From an uncultured Pseudomonadales bacterium (GTDB taxonomy: Bacteria > Patescibacteriota > Microgenomatia > UBA1400 > UBA12028), in the NCBI GenBank assembly GCA_964635905.1, contig CAZWPK010000001.1, positions 68,894 through 132,893 of the forward strand: a stretch of DNA of 64,000 bases. The letters run 5' to 3'. How positions within the stretch are numbered: the stretch's first letter is position 1; each line of letters begins with the position of its first letter. Under the pieces are notes generated by a model, which did not search any database, had not been told where the DNA came from, and saw only the letters and a list, made by a program, of their open reading frames with translations. The translations under genes were made by a program, and so were the position numbers. Shown piece by piece: positions 17,840 through 27,568 of this stretch.

Positions 17840-20800
17840 CTATGGAGAACCACTGGACGGGCCAAATTTAACCGCACTTCCAGCTTGCATGAGCTTAAGA
17901 ATTTGAGCTTGTGTAAGGGGGTAACTGTAGATTCGAAAGTCATCAATTTTCCCTGTAAACCACGAATCGGGACTATTATCTTCAATTTCTCCGATTGTGG
18001 CATTCTCGGCATCTGTTGCAATATCATCAAACCAATCATCAAGAGTTCCGGTGCCTGCTAACGTTGTGGAAGCCCAGTTAACAGGTTTGGCATTGATGTA
18101 GAGATCGACGCCAGTGCCATCTTGCACATAACAGATATGTTCCCAGGTCTGTCGTCGGACTACATCGTTTGCTGAAAGATAGGTAATCTGATTTGATGTA
18201 GTGCTATTTCGAAGACTTGCGTAAACTGCAGCAGAGTCAGCGCCGGTGTCTGAGATAAAAAAGTTATGTTTGACATTCGATCCAGTGGAGTCAGAATAGG
18301 AAAAGAGTGTTCCTTGTGTCCCTACGTCTGTCGGAACGTCATAATAAAACCAGGAACACAGGGAACCGATAGTTTGGGTATCCATGATGTCATCCGGCAG
18401 CGCAACATAATCATCGGTCCCATCAAAATTAAGGGAGGCGTTAATTTTCCCCGTTGCCCCATTTCCCCAGGCAGTTGAACTTGTGTTACACGTGCCAACA
18501 GCTGTTTGAGACCCTGAACTTGTTCCAAACCAGGTTCCATGGTTTGTGTTTCCACTAACATCATTCATTGCGGTTCCTTGACATTCGTCAAATTGGTAGA
18601 AAAGAAACGGACCACCTCGATTATAGTCATATAGTATCTGTGTTGGTGTTCGTGCGTAGTTATAGATTACCGTGTGATCGATCGTGCCATCAAATAAATT
18701 GGATCCGGCGGATGACTGGCTTCCCCAAGTCAACGTGTTGGCAACTCCCAATCCAAGCCCCATCGTCGCGGTTCCCGTTTGGAGGACTCCGTTAATATAC
18801 AAACTCGGTGTATTACTGGCTCCCACGAAAACTCCAACCAAGTGGTACCAAGTATTGAGGGCGATAGCAGGATTACTCGTCGAACAGCCAGCGGTGTAGT
18901 TGGTATTTGACTTTTCAATTTCAAAGATAACGCGCGAGCCACAGGTTCCATTCGAGCTACCTACTAACGCAAGATGGTAGCCATCCGTACCTCCACTTCC
19001 AATTTGATAGGTCAAAATACGATGATTGATCGCGGCAGAAATCGTATCCACTTTTATCCACGTTTCGACAGTAAAGGATCCTGACCCAACTAGACCAAAG
19101 ATGGAGTTTGCCATCTGCATGACGTCATTATTGCCGTCAAACTGTAGACCGTTTCCAATTTTCCCGCGTAACCATCCCGTGTTTTTGCGATCCTGACCAA
19201 AGTTAGCATTCAGGGTAGCAGTATATCCGTTTCCGGAGGTATCAGGTGCGGACGTTCCACTCTTCTCGTCTAATTTCCATTCCCCTAAGGGAGGCCATCC
19301 CGCTCCATCCGCGAGTTGTCCAGATTCGCTGGCAGCAGTCACACCCAAATTCAAACTTGATCCGGCATTAAAATCCATGGCAATTTCTTGATCAGACATG
19401 ACTGTTTGGTAAATCTTAAACTCATCAATATACCCCTGATACCCATAGGTAGCCGAGGAAAGACCTTGGTATCCTCCAACATACGGTGTCCCGGTGTTGA
19501 CTTCAGCAGCACTATCAGAATAGGTGTCGGTATCAACATGTCTGCCGTTGTAATAGGTCTTGATAACTTTATTGACCCGATCATGAGAGATGGCGATATG
19601 CTGCCAGCTCCCCACCACAATTGGTGCCCCTAGCGTCACTTGAATTGCTGAACTCCCATTGGCGTATTGATACTGAAAGAGGGTTCCACTGACGTTAAAG
19701 TAGATCCAGTGAAACCCTACTGATGTGCTTTGTGCTCCGCGGTTATACAGTGTCGGCAGGGTAGAATTAGTCAAGGAAGTGGGATTAATCCACATACTAA
19801 AAGTGATGCCATCTTTGCCATCGATTGCAGGGCTGGATGTACCAGTGATAATGTCTCCAGAACCATCCATAGACAAGGATCCGTTTACTTTCCCATTCTT
19901 TTTAAAACTTGCGCCGGTAACTGTACCATTGTCCGTTCTACTTCCTGTATGGTGAGCAATAGCACCGGAGGATTCATCCATCGCCCAATACAAACTTGGA
20001 GAGAGGTTTTGGACGGTAGTCCGACTTCCATTGAAGTCTTGGTTGACTAAGCGATACGTTCGCTCGTAGTTGTAGATTATTATCTCATCTACGGAGCCAG
20101 TAAAATCATTCGAGGTGCCATCAGCATCAATTCCGATATACAGTGGATCGGAGTTGGTTAGCGTATTGGTTGCCGTCAACGAAGAATCGGTGGCAATCAG
20201 TAATCCATCGATATAGAGTTTTAGACTTGTAGCACCTAATTTCACACACTCTACATGATGCCAAGTATTGTCATCGTAGGTTGCCGCCGTGGACGTCGCA
20301 GAGTCGGTCGGTGACCAAGTCGAGTCATAATCTAACCCACACGTAATATCCCCATCCGATTCCATAATGACCTTGTAGCCAGCCTCGTTAAATTTGGACA
20401 GAATGACTTCTTGGGCAGAAGCGGTTTCATGTTTGAAAAAGAGGCTAATCGACATGTCCGCATCATCGGCAAAATCAAAATCAGCATCATCGGCACGTGT
20501 TAAATGCTGATTGGATCCAGCAAAGGCAATTCCTGATCCATATTTTCCGGTCTTCCAAGTCGGGGTATTCGTTAAGGTGAGCTCATTATCTCGTGTGGAA
20601 GTATCAAGCGCCGTACTCCCGCTATTATCGTCAAGATTCCAGTACCCAACAGGACTGGGGGGTGTGGCGTACAATTGCCGAATTTCTGCAGGACTTAACG
20701 CGCGATTATAGATACGTGGTTCATCGATTAGACCATCGTAATAGTCCGATCCCCCGAAGGAATAATGCGCAGCTCCCACGAGAAAGGTTTCACCGGTGTC

Positions 20801-22501
20801 CCCAATTGCGCTCGGAGCTCCAGTGGAAGTTGCTGCTAGTTCACCGTTGACAAAGACATTGGCAATCCGGGTTCGGGGGTCATAGGTTCCCGCTACATGA
20901 TACCAAGTTCCTGTCACTAAATTGCTGGTAGCTGTAGTTACCAAAAAGGTGTCTGTATCGATAAATAGGCGGACTTCATCGCCATATTGCGTCAGAAGAT
21001 AGCTTAAGTTCGTATCGTCCCACTTTCCGATGATATTAAAGTGTGTGGCTGCAGTAGTGGACTCCGGTTTGATCCATGCAGATAGGCTCAGGGCTCCGGT
21101 GACCGACAGAGTTGCATTGTCAGCAATGTACAAATAATTGAAGCTACCACGCTCGTTATCAATGCCATTTCCATATTTGCCATTGGCGTAGGCAGTGCTG
21201 TTGGCATTGGTTAACGTAAATCCATTTCCCGAAGCATCTGCGGCATTTCCGCTACTTTCATCCAGTTTCCAATAGCCAATTAAGCCATTGCTTAACGTAT
21301 CTTGGGGTTGTCCACCCAGCTTACCGGCGAACTGATTATAATCCGATTTAACCTGCGTTGCGCTGCGACCGTACGTATACAATTTAACTTCATCAATGCT
21401 TCCTAAAAACTTCTCTACACCATCGGCTCCTGCCGTTACGGCTCCAATCGTTAAGGCATAGGTATCATCCGACATGGCTTCAGTCACGCTACCTTCGGCT
21501 CGCTGCAGCCCGTTGACAAAAATACGTTCTGTTGTGCTATCGCGGCTGTACACCACATGGGTCCAGCGACTGGTTACGATATTTGCGGTGGTGGTTCGAA
21601 ACTCCTGCCAGCCATTCCCATTTTTGTAACTCACAGCAATTTCGTCTTGATCTAGATATAAGCTGTAGGCACGTGCATCCCAACTACTTGGAGTGCCTTT
21701 ATGCACAATGCCTTGCCAGTCAATGGTCGTACTGTTGGGGAAAATCCACGCTTCAATCGTCAGCGTATTTCCTAGATCCAACGTGGGATCATCGGTTGCC
21801 AGTACATAATCATTGGTACCATCAAAGCGTAAACACTTATCGACGACGCACTGACTATTGGTAACCCAGACAGGGTCATCGGTAGAGATGGAGGTCGAAC
21901 TTCCAAAGGTCGCATCATTGTCATTTGCGGTCGAATCTTGTGTCACTTGTCCGGTTCCTTCGTTAAATCCCCAGTACGCGACAGGACCTGGGGTAGATTC
22001 TTCGGACTGGAGGGCGAGAGAACCGAGGCCGGAGGCAGCGGAGGAGAAGTCAGCGGATTCAAATCCATTGGCAATGGTGGGGTTGCCATAATACATATAG
22101 TAGTTGGATTCCCCAGCTGGGAGGGAATCAAAGAGGACATGGATGTTGGCCGTGGCATCACAATCTACGACATAGAATTTGAGTAACTGTCCATTTTCTT
22201 TGGTGAAGCGGAGATCACCACAATCAGCTTGGAACTTGGTAGAGTCTGTGGCATCAAAGGAGGGGACAGAGACATAGACAGAGGATTCTAAGGAGGAATG
22301 GGAGGGGATGTTGACTCGTTTTCGATAGGCCCAATTGGCATCAAACCAGGCTGCTTGACTTAAGGGAGCTTGACGTAAGGAGAAGAATACCAAGGGGATG
22401 AGAATGAGTACAACAGGAAGAGTGATCGCCAAAATCAGGAGTCGAGAAAAACTCCGGGAACGTAATTTCCGGTGACCACTGCGAATGCGCTTCACTCTCA
22501 T
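17840..22501 (-). CDS. 1553-aa N-terminally anchored surface protein: DUF2341-like N-terminal module plus multiple LamG/concanavalin-A-like lectin domains
   Basis: N-terminal TM LILAITLPVVLILIPLVFF, then WAYRKRVNIP...CGDLRF...YYV (DUF2341-like). Repeated Laminin_G_3-like blocks with FDGTNDYV / FDGTDDYVALPD / LQFDGNNDVM / W..L..W.H. C-terminus ends FGPSSGSP. Confidence 0.8.
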   Translation of the reverse strand: MRVKRIRSGHRKLRSRSFSRLLILAITLPVVLILIPLVFFSLRQAPLSQAAWFDANWAYRKRVNIPSHSSLESSVYVSVPSFDATDSTKFQADCGDLRFTKENGQLLKFYVVDCDATANIHVLFDSLPAGESNYYMYYGNPTIANGFESADFSSAASGLGSLALQSEESTPGPVAYWGFNEGTGQVTQDSTANDNDATFGSSTSISTDDPVWVTNSQCVVDKCLRFDGTNDYVLATDDPTLDLGNTLTIEAWIFPNSTTIDWQGIVHKGTPSSWDARAYSLYLDQDEIAVSYKNGNGWQEFRTTTANIVTSRWTHVVYSRDSTTERIFVNGLQRAEGSVTEAMSDDTYALTIGAVTAGADGVEKFLGSIDEVKLYTYGRSATQVKSDYNQFAGKLGGQPQDTLSNGLIGYWKLDESSGNAADASGNGFTLTNANSTAYANGKYGNGIDNERGSFNYLYIADNATLSVTGALSLSAWIKPESTTAATHFNIIGKWDDTNLSYLLTQYGDEVRLFIDTDTFLVTTATSNLVTGTWYHVAGTYDPRTRIANVFVNGELAATSTGAPSAIGDTGETFLVGAAHYSFGGSDYYDGLIDEPRIYNRALSPAEIRQLYATPPSPVGYWNLDDNSGSTALDTSTRDNELTLTNTPTWKTGKYGSGIAFAGSNQHLTRADDADFDFADDADMSISLFFKHETASAQEVILSKFNEAGYKVIMESDGDITCGLDYDSTWSPTDSATSTAATYDDNTWHHVECVKLGATSLKLYIDGLLIATDSSLTATNTLTNSDPLYIGIDADGTSNDFTGSVDEIIIYNYERTYRLVNQDFNGSRTTVQNLSPSLYWAMDESSGAIAHHTGSRTDNGTVTGASFKKNGKVNGSLSMDGSGDIITGTSSPAIDGKDGITFSMWINPTSLTNSTLPTLYNRGAQSTSVGFHWIYFNVSGTLFQYQYANGSSAIQVTLGAPIVVGSWQHIAISHDRVNKVIKTYYNGRHVDTDTYSDSAAEVNTGTPYVGGYQGLSSATYGYQGYIDEFKIYQTVMSDQEIAMDFNAGSSLNLGVTAASESGQLADGAGWPPLGEWKLDEKSGTSAPDTSGNGYTATLNANFGQDRKNTGWLRGKIGNGLQFDGNNDVMQMANSIFGLVGSGSFTVETWIKVDTISAAINHRILTYQIGSGGTDGYHLALVGSSNGTCGSRVIFEIEKSNTNYTAGCSTSNPAIALNTWYHLVGVFVGASNTPSLYINGVLQTGTATMGLGLGVANTLTWGSQSSAGSNLFDGTIDHTVIYNYARTPTQILYDYNRGGPFLFYQFDECQGTAMNDVSGNTNHGTWFGTSSGSQTAVGTCNTSSTAWGNGATGKINASLNFDGTDDYVALPDDIMDTQTIGSLCSWFYYDVPTDVGTQGTLFSYSDSTGSNVKHNFFISDTGADSAAVYASLRNSTTSNQITYLSANDVVRRQTWEHICYVQDGTGVDLYINAKPVNWASTTLAGTGTLDDWFDDIATDAENATIGEIEDNSPDSWFTGKIDDFRIYSYPLTQAQILKLMQAGSAVKFGPSSGSP
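21971..22433. repeat. about 463-bp perfect direct repeat, copy 1 (5' coding end of LamG gene 1)
   Basis: Nucleotide-identical to 27035..27497 by direct comparison. It encodes the shared TM anchor and DUF2341-like module. Confidence 0.8.
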
Positions 22502-22645
22502 AGTATGCCAATTTTTTCTTGATTGTACTAGGGATAAATCAACAGTGAAGGAACAATCTACAAGATCATATTGCTACAAAAACATCCATACCATGACAAA
22601 AAAGACTCACAATATAGGGCGAAGCATCAGAACAAAACGACCATT

Positions 22646-25600
22646 CTACGGTGAACCCGAAGACGGTCCAAAGAACAGAGAGGCGTTGTTGTTATAGAGT
22701 TTGCGGGCGTGATAGATGGATAAACGATAGTTAAAGATTTGTAGTGCATCAATTTGACCGGTGAAATTATTACTACCAACCGTTGCTGCATACGTGCCAA
22801 TGGTTTTGCTACGTCCGGTTGTAGTGATGGTATTTCCGTTAAAACCAGCGCTTCCCGAGACAGTTTTACCATCTAAGAACATGTAGACCTCATGACTGCT
22901 CCCATTGTAACTGAGGGTACACACAAAGTGGTGCCAAGCACCGTCGTTGACCAGCGGGGAAGGAGAAACGGTCCCACTTCCGGAGGCATTGCCGACATTA
23001 CAAGCAACGCGATTGGTGGTGTTTACATAGATGTTAAATCGGTGGGTTGTAGTAGTCCCCACATTGGAAAAAATGTATCCAATGCCACCGGAATAATCGG
23101 CCGAAGTTTTGAACCAGACGCTTACTGATTGTTCTCCGACGTCGGGTGAAAAGATGCTGGTATCGGCAATCGAAACATAGTCATCACTCCCATCGAAGTT
23201 TAAGCTTCCATTAAATTTCCCAGTCGATCCATTTCCCCAGGCAGTGGAAGCGGTAGTGCAGGTACCAGCGGTGGTTTGGGAGCCGCTAGCCCCAACGGTA
23301 AGGGTGCCGTTGTTTCCTTTCCCAGAAGAGTCGTTTAAGGTGTTTCCTTGACATTCATCCAGTTTCCAATGAGCGATGGGAGCTCCCCGGCTAAAGTCAT
23401 AGGCAATTTGAGCATCGGTGCGGGCATAGTTATACAACTTGAATTCATCCACCGACCCATTCAAGAAAGAGTCGGGACTATTGTCTTGGATGTTGCCTAT
23501 CGTAACCGCTTCCACCGAGGCTGCACCATCATCAAACCAGTCATTTAAGCTCCCAGCTCCGCCATCGGTGGCGGTGACCGCAATCTTTACGCCGTTGACA
23601 AACATCTCGACTCCCAAGCCGCTCCCAGCTTGGCGCAGACATAGATGTGTCCAGGTAAGACGGGGAATGGCATTGTCGGCAGAGGTGTAATCGTACGCAT
23701 CATTGGCGGTGCCATCTTGTCGAATGTGGACGCGTAAACGGGCGATATCACTCCCCGTATCAGAGATATAGATCGAATGCTTGGTCACCGTTCCTCCGGT
23801 GTCGGCAACGGAGAAAAAGCTGCCCTGCGTCCCATCATCAGTAGGCTTATTGTAATAGACCCAACCACACACAGTGCCTACGGTGTGACTGTCCGTACTA
23901 TTGTCCGGAAGGGCAATAAAATCGTCGGTACCATCTAACCGCACCCCTGTCCCAATTTTCCCTTGCGTCCACACGGGTCCACTAGTCAGCGTCCCGGTGT
24001 TTCCCGTGCTACTGGTATCAACAGCAGTAGTGCCAGTATTGTCATCGAATTGTAAATAGGAAGCTGGGGGATTCCCGCTCCCATCCACGGATTGGGCACT
24101 CTCGGCGGTGGAGGTGCTATTGATATTTAAGGCTGCGTTGGCATTCGCATCCACACGAATTTCTTCGGAGCTAAGCTCACCGCTGTAGATTTTAAACTCG
24201 TCAATTCTTCCATCAAAATTTGCGGTGGTTGTTCCGCCAACCAGGAAATTTGCCGTATCTGTAATTGCAGGGGAACCCGATCCATTCGTGGAGGTTCCTT
24301 TCCGTATTCCATTTACCCACAGACTAATCTCATCGTCGCTATCATCTGTATATGTTAGGGCAATATGGTTCCAGGTGCCGGTAGTGATCGGAGAACTTAC
24401 ATTAAGCGTTGCGTCGCTTCCGGTTAAATCTAGACTACATTCAATATCCAGATTACTTCCTGACTGGGAATCTACCCGACACCAGGTAGTGGTGCCTTTA
24501 TAAAAAATTTGACCCACATCATTTTCGCCATCAGAATCGGCATTAATCCAAGAAGAGATCGTGACACCTTGTGTTAATGTCACATCAAAATCAATCGCAT
24601 CACCATTGGTGACTGTTAGGACGTCATCACTACCATCAAAGTCTAAACAACCATTGAGTTTACAGTCGGTTTTGGTTTTCCAAGTGGTGCCGGTTAAAGT
24701 CTCTGTAAACGCGATACTAGAGCGGGAGTTAATGGTGGTGCCTTGGACTTCATCCAATGCCCAATAGGCAATCGGAGAGCCAACCGGGGAACCGGCCAGT
24801 GGATGTCCCCCATTCATATCTTCAATAATTTGTTCACTGGTTCGCTGGTAGTTATATACACGAAGATCATCCATTTTCCCCGGGAACTGGGTTGAAACAC
24901 CACTGTTAAGAGCTCCTATCAAGATTGCAGCGTTGCTACTTATTCGTCCCGCGATCGCGCAGGTTTTTACCAGGACGCCATTTAAATAGATACGAACGTT
25001 CACTCCGGTTAGTGTATCTTCATAGGTGACGGCCGCATGACTCCAAGTATTGGCGGAGAGAATTCCTGTGGACGTATTGCAGCTAGTTAAGACCGATTGG
25101 GTTTGGTTGCGTACATTTCCAAACAGTCCGCCTCCAGCAAGCTGTGCCAGTCCAAACCCATATGTGGACCCATTTTCTCCTCCGGCAATCACTCCAGCAG
25201 GTGTGATTGTAGAAGGATTGATCCAGGCCATGACGCTGGCACTCCCGTTGGTGATGGTATATGGTGTGCCAACCGATCGTATATAGTCATTCACCCCATC
25301 AAAAAATCCAGCTTTGCCAAATTTCCCCTCGGCTCCACCCATGGGTCCAGTCGAATTTGGACACGCAATTGCTGAATAGGCATTTCCCGATTTTTCCTGT
25401 ACTGTGGCGGTTGAACAGTCATTGGTCCAACTCCCTTCATCCATGGGCCAGTACCCTATAGGTCCTGTAGCCCAGTTGGCAAGTTGTTCGATTGCAAGAG
25501 GTGAGAGGGCGCGGTTATAAATGCGAGCTTCATCGATAATTCCTTTGTACGGGTGGGTTGTGGGTGCACCTCCCAAGTACACGACTTCGGTTCCGGTATA

Positions 25601-27568
25601 TAAAGTGCCGGTATAGGTCGTGCTACTTTCCAATTTTCCGTCAATAAAAATAGACGCTCGAGTCCCATCCATGGTCGCGGCAACATGATGCCAAATTCCA
25701 TCATTGACTAGGGTTGTACCTGCGACTGCCACTCCATCGTTTACTCCTCCAACTTTGGAAAATAACACGATGGAGCCATCGGTTCCGTACGCACCTCCTG
25801 ATGTAAGACCGAGCCAATAATTGCGTGTGGTATTGCTATCGTTATCTTTGGATATAAACGTCTGTAAACTTCCTGAGGACGTCGTCTTCACCCAGGCGGC
25901 TAGAGTGAACTGTTGCAGTTGGAGGGAAGCAGCATTGGCAACGCTGATGTAGTCATTGGTTCCATCCATCCACACCGCGTTGCCAAAGCGCGCGGTGCCA
26001 GTTTTGTGGACAACTTGATAGTTACACGAGTTTAAGGTGGCAGCGAATGCATCCGTGGTAAAGGTTTTAGTACTCCCCACATAGTCGTTAATAACACGGA
26101 TGGTGTTAATCGTATTACCGCCACAGGTTGCGGTGATTTGCAGATACATTCCAACATACATGTCGTCAACGGACGACAGTGTTCCATCGGTATCAACTAA
26201 CACCGTTGTAGATCCACCGGAAGCATCGGCCGTCCCACCTTCATTTGTGCCGGTGATGGTGCCAGTATTCCCGATGCCCGAATCATCAACCACCGACGTT
26301 CCTGCCGTCAGTAGTTCATCCATCTTCCAGTAGCCAACGAGACCTTCCGAGAGAAAGGTGGTGGGGTCGTTTCCTCCTAGTTGAGCGGCCCGATTGCTAG
26401 CCATATCCATTTTTATCTGGGCGGGGGTACGCGCGTACCCATACATTTTGACCTCATCGATATATCCTTTATACAAATAGGTCGAACTATGGTTAAATCG
26501 ACCGATGCTTAAGGTTCCGGCGGTCGCGGTGTCGCGTGTTCCCGAAGTACTCGAGCTTGTGGCTACAGCTACACCATCAATGTACAGGGTCATTGTCGTG
26601 CCGGAAACCGTACATTCTAGATGATGCCATTTACTATCGCGATAATTCGTCGTTACGATGGCCTCTAGGTATGTGTTTCCTGAATTGGCTTGGTACACTT
26701 TACAGTGCAGAGTTTCATCGGTATGAAAAAAGATGGCATAGAGCCAGTCGTTGCTAGTTCCATAATTGACCAACACGTGACTGGACCCGGCGGGTCCAGG
26801 ATTTTTGAACCAAAGGGAAGTGGAAAAGTTTCCCGTAAACTCGAGCGCATTAATATCTCCCACGTTGACATAATCTTCCACTGCATCAAAGTATAAACAA
26901 CTTTCACTCACACAGCGATCTTTCGATTGCCAGACAGGGTCGGTGGAGTTAGCAGATGTCGAGTTGCCTAATGTGCCATCATAGTTTTTTGTCGTACTAT
27001 CTTCGATAAACTGTCCCTGGGCTTCATCCATCTTCCAGTACGCGACAGGACCTGGGGTAGATTCTTCGGACTGGAGGGCGAGAGAACCGAGGCCGGAGGC
27101 AGCGGAGGAGAAGTCAGCGGATTCAAATCCATTGGCAATGGTGGGGTTGCCATAATACATATAGTAGTTGGATTCCCCAGCTGGGAGGGAATCAAAGAGG
27201 ACATGGATGTTGGCCGTGGCATCACAATCTACGACATAGAATTTGAGTAACTGTCCATTTTCTTTGGTGAAGCGGAGATCACCACAATCAGCTTGGAACT
27301 TGGTAGAGTCTGTGGCATCAAAGGAGGGGACAGAGACATAGACAGAGGATTCTAAGGAGGAATGGGAGGGGATGTTGACTCGTTTTCGATAGGCCCAATT
27401 GGCATCAAACCAGGCTGCTTGACTTAAGGGAGCTTGACGTAAGGAGAAGAATACCAAGGGGATGAGAATGAGTACAACAGGAAGAGTGATCGCCAAAACA
27501 TAGAGCCGACGCAACGAACGAGATGCTGGTATGCGTTTTTGATGTCGTTTCATTAGTTGATAATCCAC
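22646..27568 (-). CDS. 1640-aa paralog of the upstream LamG/DUF2341 surface protein
   Basis: N-terminal 165 aa are identical to the 17840..22501 product apart from the first ~25 residues. Multiple LamG blocks (FDAVEDYV, MDGTNDYISV, FDGVNDYI, FDGSDDVLTV, LDGTDDFIALPD, FDGSDDYVSI). Same FGPSSGSP C-terminus. Start overlaps the giant gene's stop by 16 nt. Confidence 0.8.
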   Translation of the reverse strand: MDYQLMKRHQKRIPASRSLRRLYVLAITLPVVLILIPLVFFSLRQAPLSQAAWFDANWAYRKRVNIPSHSSLESSVYVSVPSFDATDSTKFQADCGDLRFTKENGQLLKFYVVDCDATANIHVLFDSLPAGESNYYMYYGNPTIANGFESADFSSAASGLGSLALQSEESTPGPVAYWKMDEAQGQFIEDSTTKNYDGTLGNSTSANSTDPVWQSKDRCVSESCLYFDAVEDYVNVGDINALEFTGNFSTSLWFKNPGPAGSSHVLVNYGTSNDWLYAIFFHTDETLHCKVYQANSGNTYLEAIVTTNYRDSKWHHLECTVSGTTMTLYIDGVAVATSSSTSGTRDTATAGTLSIGRFNHSSTYLYKGYIDEVKMYGYARTPAQIKMDMASNRAAQLGGNDPTTFLSEGLVGYWKMDELLTAGTSVVDDSGIGNTGTITGTNEGGTADASGGSTTVLVDTDGTLSSVDDMYVGMYLQITATCGGNTINTIRVINDYVGSTKTFTTDAFAATLNSCNYQVVHKTGTARFGNAVWMDGTNDYISVANAASLQLQQFTLAAWVKTTSSGSLQTFISKDNDSNTTRNYWLGLTSGGAYGTDGSIVLFSKVGGVNDGVAVAGTTLVNDGIWHHVAATMDGTRASIFIDGKLESSTTYTGTLYTGTEVVYLGGAPTTHPYKGIIDEARIYNRALSPLAIEQLANWATGPIGYWPMDEGSWTNDCSTATVQEKSGNAYSAIACPNSTGPMGGAEGKFGKAGFFDGVNDYIRSVGTPYTITNGSASVMAWINPSTITPAGVIAGGENGSTYGFGLAQLAGGGLFGNVRNQTQSVLTSCNTSTGILSANTWSHAAVTYEDTLTGVNVRIYLNGVLVKTCAIAGRISSNAAILIGALNSGVSTQFPGKMDDLRVYNYQRTSEQIIEDMNGGHPLAGSPVGSPIAYWALDEVQGTTINSRSSIAFTETLTGTTWKTKTDCKLNGCLDFDGSDDVLTVTNGDAIDFDVTLTQGVTISSWINADSDGENDVGQIFYKGTTTWCRVDSQSGSNLDIECSLDLTGSDATLNVSSPITTGTWNHIALTYTDDSDDEISLWVNGIRKGTSTNGSGSPAITDTANFLVGGTTTANFDGRIDEFKIYSGELSSEEIRVDANANAALNINSTSTAESAQSVDGSGNPPASYLQFDDNTGTTAVDTSSTGNTGTLTSGPVWTQGKIGTGVRLDGTDDFIALPDNSTDSHTVGTVCGWVYYNKPTDDGTQGSFFSVADTGGTVTKHSIYISDTGSDIARLRVHIRQDGTANDAYDYTSADNAIPRLTWTHLCLRQAGSGLGVEMFVNGVKIAVTATDGGAGSLNDWFDDGAASVEAVTIGNIQDNSPDSFLNGSVDEFKLYNYARTDAQIAYDFSRGAPIAHWKLDECQGNTLNDSSGKGNNGTLTVGASGSQTTAGTCTTASTAWGNGSTGKFNGSLNFDGSDDYVSIADTSIFSPDVGEQSVSVWFKTSADYSGGIGYIFSNVGTTTTHRFNIYVNTTNRVACNVGNASGSGTVSPSPLVNDGAWHHFVCTLSYNGSSHEVYMFLDGKTVSGSAGFNGNTITTTGRSKTIGTYAATVGSNNFTGQIDALQIFNYRLSIYHARKLYNNNASLFFGPSSGSP
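27035..27497. repeat. about 463-bp perfect direct repeat, copy 2 (5' coding end of LamG gene 2)
   Basis: Identical to 21971..22433. The two copies are 5064 bp apart. Confidence 0.8.

Noticed and set aside
18266-27225. Short ORFs on both strands inside the two LamG genes (e.g. 19730..20050, 21943..22161, 26968..27225)
   Set aside because: They are fully embedded in long, domain-rich minus-strand ORFs. The duplicate pair 21943/26968 only reflects the 463-bp DNA repeat.
21971-27497. The two identical segments considered as a DGR template/variable repeat pair
   Set aside because: They are perfectly identical with no adenine-specific mismatches, cover the N-terminal anchor rather than a C-terminal variable region, and no reverse transcriptase gene is present in the window.
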